Assembly (NCBI GenBank): GCA_019704295.1 | Contig: AP024596.1 | Span: 64,001 to 128,000, forward strand | Length of the DNA stretch: 64,000 bases | Origin: Sulfolobales archaeon HS-7 | Lineage (GTDB): Archaea > Thermoproteota > Thermoprotei_A > Sulfolobales > Sulfolobaceae | Direction of reading: 5' to 3' | Shown here: piece after piece, positions 59,400-64,000 of the stretch | How positions within the stretch are numbered: the first letter of the stretch is position 1 | Layout of the letters: each line of letters begins with the position of its first letter | The notes under the pieces: model-generated | Seen by the model: the letters and a program-made list of their open reading frames with translations, nothing else | Databases searched by the model: none | What the model was told of the DNA's origin: nothing | Program-made: the position numbers and the translations under genes

Positions 59400-60491
59400 C
59401 TAAAATCTCAATATCCTAGAGTCGTCATTTTGTGGGATATTAGTTGGAGCTATCCCTAATCCCTCTCCTCCTAGTGTAATCTTATTGGCATCTATAACTA
59501 CGTCGCTTTTGAAGAATTCTAGGGGAATTTCATTAGGAGGTGTTTCAATGATGGCACTATTTAGCCCTAACCCAGCGACGACATGACTTCCAACCAGTAT
59601 TCCTAACCAACCGTTATGAGGTCTATTGTGCAGTGCTATGGACACGTCCTTCAGTTTCAGAAACGTTAATACGTCAAGTAAGGGAGTTATTCCACCTATT
59701 TTAGTTACGTCAGGTTGAAGAAATGTTGCGGAATTAAGTTCTACTGCTCTCATGAAGTCGAATACACTGAACAGATTTTCACCTATTGCTATAGGTAAGA
59801 GCTTATTTAACTTCGAAAGACCTTCAAGATCGTCTGGGGGCCAAAGTGGTTCCTCTATCCACTTCAATTCATACCTCTGAACCTTATTAATGAAATTAAG
59901 CGACTCTTCAAACGTGAAACCACAGTTGAGGTCTACCATTAATTCGAAGTTATAGCCGTATTTTAGCCTGATTTCCTTTACAGCCTCTAAAGTTTCACGT
60001 GGAGGTTGATGCAATTTAATCTCCTTATATCCCTTTTCTAAAAGCCTTTCTATGACCTTCACTACATCTGGACCCTTATATCTCGATAACGATACATATC
60101 TTCTGACTTCGTTTCCTCCGCCAAATATTGAGTAAATGGGCAATCCGCTTCTTCTGCCCAAAATGTCCCAGAGGGCGATATCTACAGAGGATATCGCACC
60201 CGATACTACACCATATCCTCCTGTAAATGTGGCTCTCCTCATCTCATAATGAATTTCCCTGATCCTCCTTTCATCCATTCCTATTATTACGCTTTTTAGT
60301 CTCCTCACCAAGTCGATATAAGGTTCTCTCGTATTACCAGCTGCAGGTAGAGTCTCTCCCCAACCACAAATATCCTCAGTACAAACCTTTACGAGAAGCT
60401 GATTACTCCATTCCTCAAGCCATAACTGTTTTGGCTCTGTCTGTGTCAATGGAATGCTAGCTCTATAGATCTCAAGGGACTTTATTGTCAT
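59400..60491 (-). CDS. Mandelate racemase / muconate lactonizing enzyme family (probable sugar-acid dehydratase)
   Basis: GWGE, AISSVDIALWD, MVDLN, WIEEP, AIGEN, QPDVTKIGGIT. Confidence 0.9.
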   Translation of the reverse strand: MTIKSLEIYRASIPLTQTEPKQLWLEEWSNQLLVKVCTEDICGWGETLPAAGNTREPYIDLVRRLKSVIIGMDERRIREIHYEMRRATFTGGYGVVSGAISSVDIALWDILGRRSGLPIYSIFGGGNEVRRYVSLSRYKGPDVVKVIERLLEKGYKEIKLHQPPRETLEAVKEIRLKYGYNFELMVDLNCGFTFEESLNFINKVQRYELKWIEEPLWPPDDLEGLSKLNKLLPIAIGENLFSVFDFMRAVELNSATFLQPDVTKIGGITPLLDVLTFLKLKDVSIALHNRPHNGWLGILVGSHVVAGLGLNSAIIETPPNEIPLEFFKSDVVIDANKITLGGEGLGIAPTNIPQNDDSRILRF

Positions 60492-62358
60492 TAATCAACA
60501 CCTTCTGTCCGCGTTTAAGATTGATATGAGTTATTCCTTCATATTTAGTTCCTTCAATCGTCATGCCGTTCTGAGAGTAAAGTAAGTACTCCCCATCATC
60601 GAGGGTAACACACTGTTCCCCTGTACAAGATAACCCCTTTGGCATAACATACACTCTCTTCAATCCAAATGGAATGAACTCCTTTAACGGCGATATGAGA
60701 AAATATTTAAATTCAAGTTCATTTAATTCAAATGAAATTCTGTCAGTTGATAATACTCTATCCTCAAAGTAGTCATAGGAGATCAAGTTTTCCTCAGGGA
60801 AAACCTGTCTCAGTTCTACTTCACCCCTAATTTTCCCTTCCATTTTAACGTTTGCGATCAGTAGTAAGGCTATTCCATTAGCCCAATTAATACCGACTAG
60901 GGGGGTATCCTCGTTATAGGGGTCAACAACGATGTCCCCTAAAGGCGTTAACAACGAATCTGGGAGTGCTAACTTTCCTTGGGGCAGAGTCAATTTCTCT
61001 ATTATATCCCTTCTACTCAATCCTGGAATATCTGTAATGTATACGGGACCACCAGAGAGGACTCTGAGCAGGGAATGAAACTCAGAATACCTATCATGAG
61101 TCATAAACATATCGTAATCCGGTATTCCGAAATATCTAGTTAAAAGGGAATTATATAAATTAAAAATGGCATGAAGCTTGGCGAAATCGGGCGAATTTGG
61201 AATGTAATCGTCACTATTCCTTATAACATGGGAACCGTAAAAGAAAAACATATTCTCTGGGTTCATTGCCATACAATCTATTATGGACATACCTAGTGCG
61301 CATGCCGCTCCATGTAATGCCAATTCGATGGATCTGGAGACTGAAACGGGACGACCTAGGTAGTAGGAATCAGTAACTAACCCAGATTGATTATCTACTT
61401 TTAGGAAGTCCACCCCCTCAGTTTTAAGATAACTTATATAATCTTGGAAGAATTCGAAGCTTCTTTTGGGATCTGGAATTAGTCTGTCCTTTCCCATTAC
61501 TTTCTGATAGGGTAAGTCTTTCGTTAATCCGTTCCAGTAACCCTGAATCGTCAACCATACGCCTACATAAGGTACATGTTTCTTAATTTCCGAGATCAGT
61601 TCTCCTAAGTCCCCAATTTTCTCGTTGGGGTTAAAGGAAATTAACTGTCCTTTTGCATCAACGTTCTGCCATCCGTCATCTATAAGTAACCACTTTGCAC
61701 CAAGGTCACTAATAATTTTTGCTGAATTAATTATTTTCTCTCTGTCTATCTTTTGTAAAAACGCGTTCCAGGAGCACCACCCAAGATAATCGAACATAGA
61801 GGGCTTATTCACAATCCTCTTCCCGAAAAGCCTTAGGGTAAGATCCCTCATGCAATTTTCTACAGGTTGTAATGGATCATCGCCAGAACAGTAATTACCG
61901 ATGAAGATTTTCTTGTCGAATTGATTTTCGACATTTATGTAGTATTCTAATCTAGAAATGGTAGAAATGTAAACTTGGCCCGCTCCTATAGTGAAGAAAT
62001 GGTATTTTCCCTTCGATTTTAATAAAAGATACTTCGTATTCTCCGGGGGTAACTGGCCCTGTTTAAGGAAAACGGGAAACAGCCATGGTGACGTCCCCCC
62101 TGCCGGAGAAGGATAACTAAACTTCGGAAGATTTACGTTAGATAACTTTCCGTCATAGGCAGAGCCCAAGATGTACGTCTTATTGTATACGCCTCCTCCC
62201 TCCAACATAGATTGAGTCGTATATGCAAGTCCCCTCTCAAAATTCACCTCGATTTTTACGTTGGTTGGAGTATCTACGTATAACCTGGTCACCTCGCCTT
62301 CTTTGACCGCTTCAATCCCGTAGAACTCGTTTTCGTTTATTGATATTTTACTTTCCAT
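60472..62358 (-). CDS. GH36 Sip1/raffinose-synthase-related alpha-galactosidase
   Basis: GWCSWNAF, LIDDGWQ, GYWNG, DFLKVDNQ, PDYDMF, SGGPVYITD. Confidence 0.9.
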   Translation of the reverse strand: MESKISINENEFYGIEAVKEGEVTRLYVDTPTNVKIEVNFERGLAYTTQSMLEGGGVYNKTYILGSAYDGKLSNVNLPKFSYPSPAGGTSPWLFPVFLKQGQLPPENTKYLLLKSKGKYHFFTIGAGQVYISTISRLEYYINVENQFDKKIFIGNYCSGDDPLQPVENCMRDLTLRLFGKRIVNKPSMFDYLGWCSWNAFLQKIDREKIINSAKIISDLGAKWLLIDDGWQNVDAKGQLISFNPNEKIGDLGELISEIKKHVPYVGVWLTIQGYWNGLTKDLPYQKVMGKDRLIPDPKRSFEFFQDYISYLKTEGVDFLKVDNQSGLVTDSYYLGRPVSVSRSIELALHGAACALGMSIIDCMAMNPENMFFFYGSHVIRNSDDYIPNSPDFAKLHAIFNLYNSLLTRYFGIPDYDMFMTHDRYSEFHSLLRVLSGGPVYITDIPGLSRRDIIEKLTLPQGKLALPDSLLTPLGDIVVDPYNEDTPLVGINWANGIALLLIANVKMEGKIRGEVELRQVFPEENLISYDYFEDRVLSTDRISFELNELEFKYFLISPLKEFIPFGLKRVYVMPKGLSCTGEQCVTLDDGEYLLYSQNGMTIEGTKYEGITHINLKRGQKVLINDNKVP

Positions 62359-64000
62359 TTACCATTTCACCTCTAACTCGTCACCTGGGGAAAGGGATAT
62401 CTCCCCGCTAGTTTCAACCCCGTTAACCTTCACGTTAAGTATAGGTCTCTCTGTAACAATTTTCCTGATCCTCAGGAAACCGCCTAGAAGTCTCAACTTA
62501 ACGTAGTTTTCTTCGCTGGTAAATTTCCCCCAAGCGTAGGGAAATGTAAATATCCACTCAATTTTCCTCTGGTTTCTTATTGTGAGTTCTCCAGACTCTG
62601 GATCATATATCATGTTGTTCAAAACTAAAGGTATTGACCAGGCGCTAAGAGGTCTCATATAATGCGCGCCCCACTCCTCATGATTCCAGAAATTCCCTCC
62701 CAATTCGTACCTTTCATAAACGTTTTTCAGAATTTCCTTAGCCTCGTCATCCATTCCCAAGTACATCATATGGGAAGCTACTGAGAATTCAATACCCGTC
62801 CAAGGAGTGTCTACCTGCGGAGAGGCTTTAATTCCAATCCCCTCATACATCCCGGAAAAATTAGGACGATAACCTGAGGGATAAGCCCCATTGAGGACGC
62901 CTTCCTCTTTTTTATAATTGTATTTAAAAATCGATCTTAAGATGGAAATTTGTTCCTCGTAGGGTATGGAGGGAGGGAGACCTGCTAAAATTTCCACCCA
63001 CTGTCCGAGCAACTGTGATGCCACGCACGCATTGTCTTTATTACCCGAATTGGGTTCATACCAATCAATAAGGTACTCTCCGTTCCATAGGATCTTTTTG
63101 ATTTTGTGGTAAGTCTCATTTAAATTCAAAATGTCCTCATTAAATTGAGACATTGCGTTAGTAGTAGCTAAGAGAAGACCTGATGTGAGTCCGGTCCAAC
63201 CAATCATTGTCCAATCGTCTAAAGTAGTTATGGAAATGGGAATAACATTAGGGGCTAGGAGCAGAGAAATGGGTCTAAACATTTCTAAATCATAACTTGC
63301 TGCGTCCCTCAGATTAGTTGCCATCTCTCGCATCCACTCTAGTCCGGAGGGAAGGGAATGGTAAGGCAATCCATCCTTTAATTGCGTCCTGAGAACAGAG
63401 TATACCCCATCTTTTGCCTCTTGATGAACTTTGTCTACTTCTTTACCGATCAACTTTCTGGCAAAATACCACATTAAATAGTATTCAAACCCCAGGTCTA
63501 TTCTCTGATAACCATCGACTTTTTTGTAAGTGGTGAAGAAGTGGGGGATTCTTCCCTCTGGATCCTTTCCTGTAACGTTTGTTATTTTATTAACTAAGGA
63601 GTAAATTCTTGAGAGTTCGGTCAATATAGTTGGATCCTTTTCTACCTCTCTTACGTATAACTCCCTATTTTCAGGAAACGTAAGCGAATATAAAAGCCAT
63701 GGAGGGGAATTCCTCTTTATTGAATGTCTGCCTATTTCCTCAAGGTAATTGATTCCGATTTCAGGAAAGAGGTTAATTATCGCAGGGAAAGCATATATCA
63801 TTACATCCACGGTATTTAAGGCAGTTCTCACAGGTCCTCCTGTATATGAGAAAGGTCCGCTTTTCCTCTCGTCAGCAGTGTTGTAATAACCCTCCCAAAT
63901 CCCGAAAAATCCATCCTTACCTAACCAGGTTGACTTAACAAGAGTAGTTAACTGAGAACCCACAAGATCCGCTATCCACCTATCTATACCCTTAGGATTA
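62359..64000 (-). CDS. GH116 beta-glucosidase/glycosylceramidase family (N-terminus beyond the window)
   Basis: GIWEG, NTVDV, TLDDW, SQLLGQW, WTGIEF, WNHEEWGAHYMRPLSAW; the frame stays open to the window edge. Confidence 0.88.
   Translation of the reverse strand, partial: NPKGIDRWIADLVGSQLTTLVKSTWLGKDGFFGIWEGYYNTADERKSGPFSYTGGPVRTALNTVDVMIYAFPAIINLFPEIGINYLEEIGRHSIKRNSPPWLLYSLTFPENRELYVREVEKDPTILTELSRIYSLVNKITNVTGKDPEGRIPHFFTTYKKVDGYQRIDLGFEYYLMWYFARKLIGKEVDKVHQEAKDGVYSVLRTQLKDGLPYHSLPSGLEWMREMATNLRDAASYDLEMFRPISLLLAPNVIPISITTLDDWTMIGWTGLTSGLLLATTNAMSQFNEDILNLNETYHKIKKILWNGEYLIDWYEPNSGNKDNACVASQLLGQWVEILAGLPPSIPYEEQISILRSIFKYNYKKEEGVLNGAYPSGYRPNFSGMYEGIGIKASPQVDTPWTGIEFSVASHMMYLGMDDEAKEILKNVYERYELGGNFWNHEEWGAHYMRPLSAWSIPLVLNNMIYDPESGELTIRNQRKIEWIFTFPYAWGKFTSEENYVKLRLLGGFLRIRKIVTERPILNVKVNGVETSGEISLSPGDELEVKW

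Noticed and set aside
1-64000. tRNA, rRNA, SRP or RNase P RNA genes
   Set aside because: No T-loop or GC-rich stable-RNA signatures found by eye; a covariance-model scan is needed to exclude small guides.

Overview
Chromosomal window from a Sulfolobales crenarchaeon, shown by rpo13, an Lrs14-family regulator, the 3HP/4HB-cycle acryloyl-CoA reductase, the lhr / ATPase-rpo13-pcna block and many leaderless genes. Recognisable modules: a Type III restriction-modification pair whose Res nuclease motif looks degenerate; a bacterial-type topoisomerase III; a complete sulfur-oxidation cluster (dsrE3A, dsrE2B, tusA, sHdrC1B1A-H-C2B2, lbpA, lipoate ligase); a ups-like type IV pilus operon with no adjacent pilins; and a GH116/GH36/dehydratase sugar operon. 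Intergenic DNA holds several IS200/IS605-derived remnants and two MITE families, each in two copies. The most unusual signals are: (1) a decayed casposase-type Cas1-solo relic whose stop codon overlaps the start of an intact Mrr nuclease gene; (2) an apparent ACG start codon for sHdrC2; (3) an inverted MITE pair bracketing the 14.7-kb mrr/cas1-relic/sHdr segment; (4) a K-loop and C/D-box-bearing candidate ncRNA with complementarity to the 16S rRNA 3' end. No tRNA, rRNA or CRISPR array was seen. All family calls are from motif recognition and memory, not database searches.
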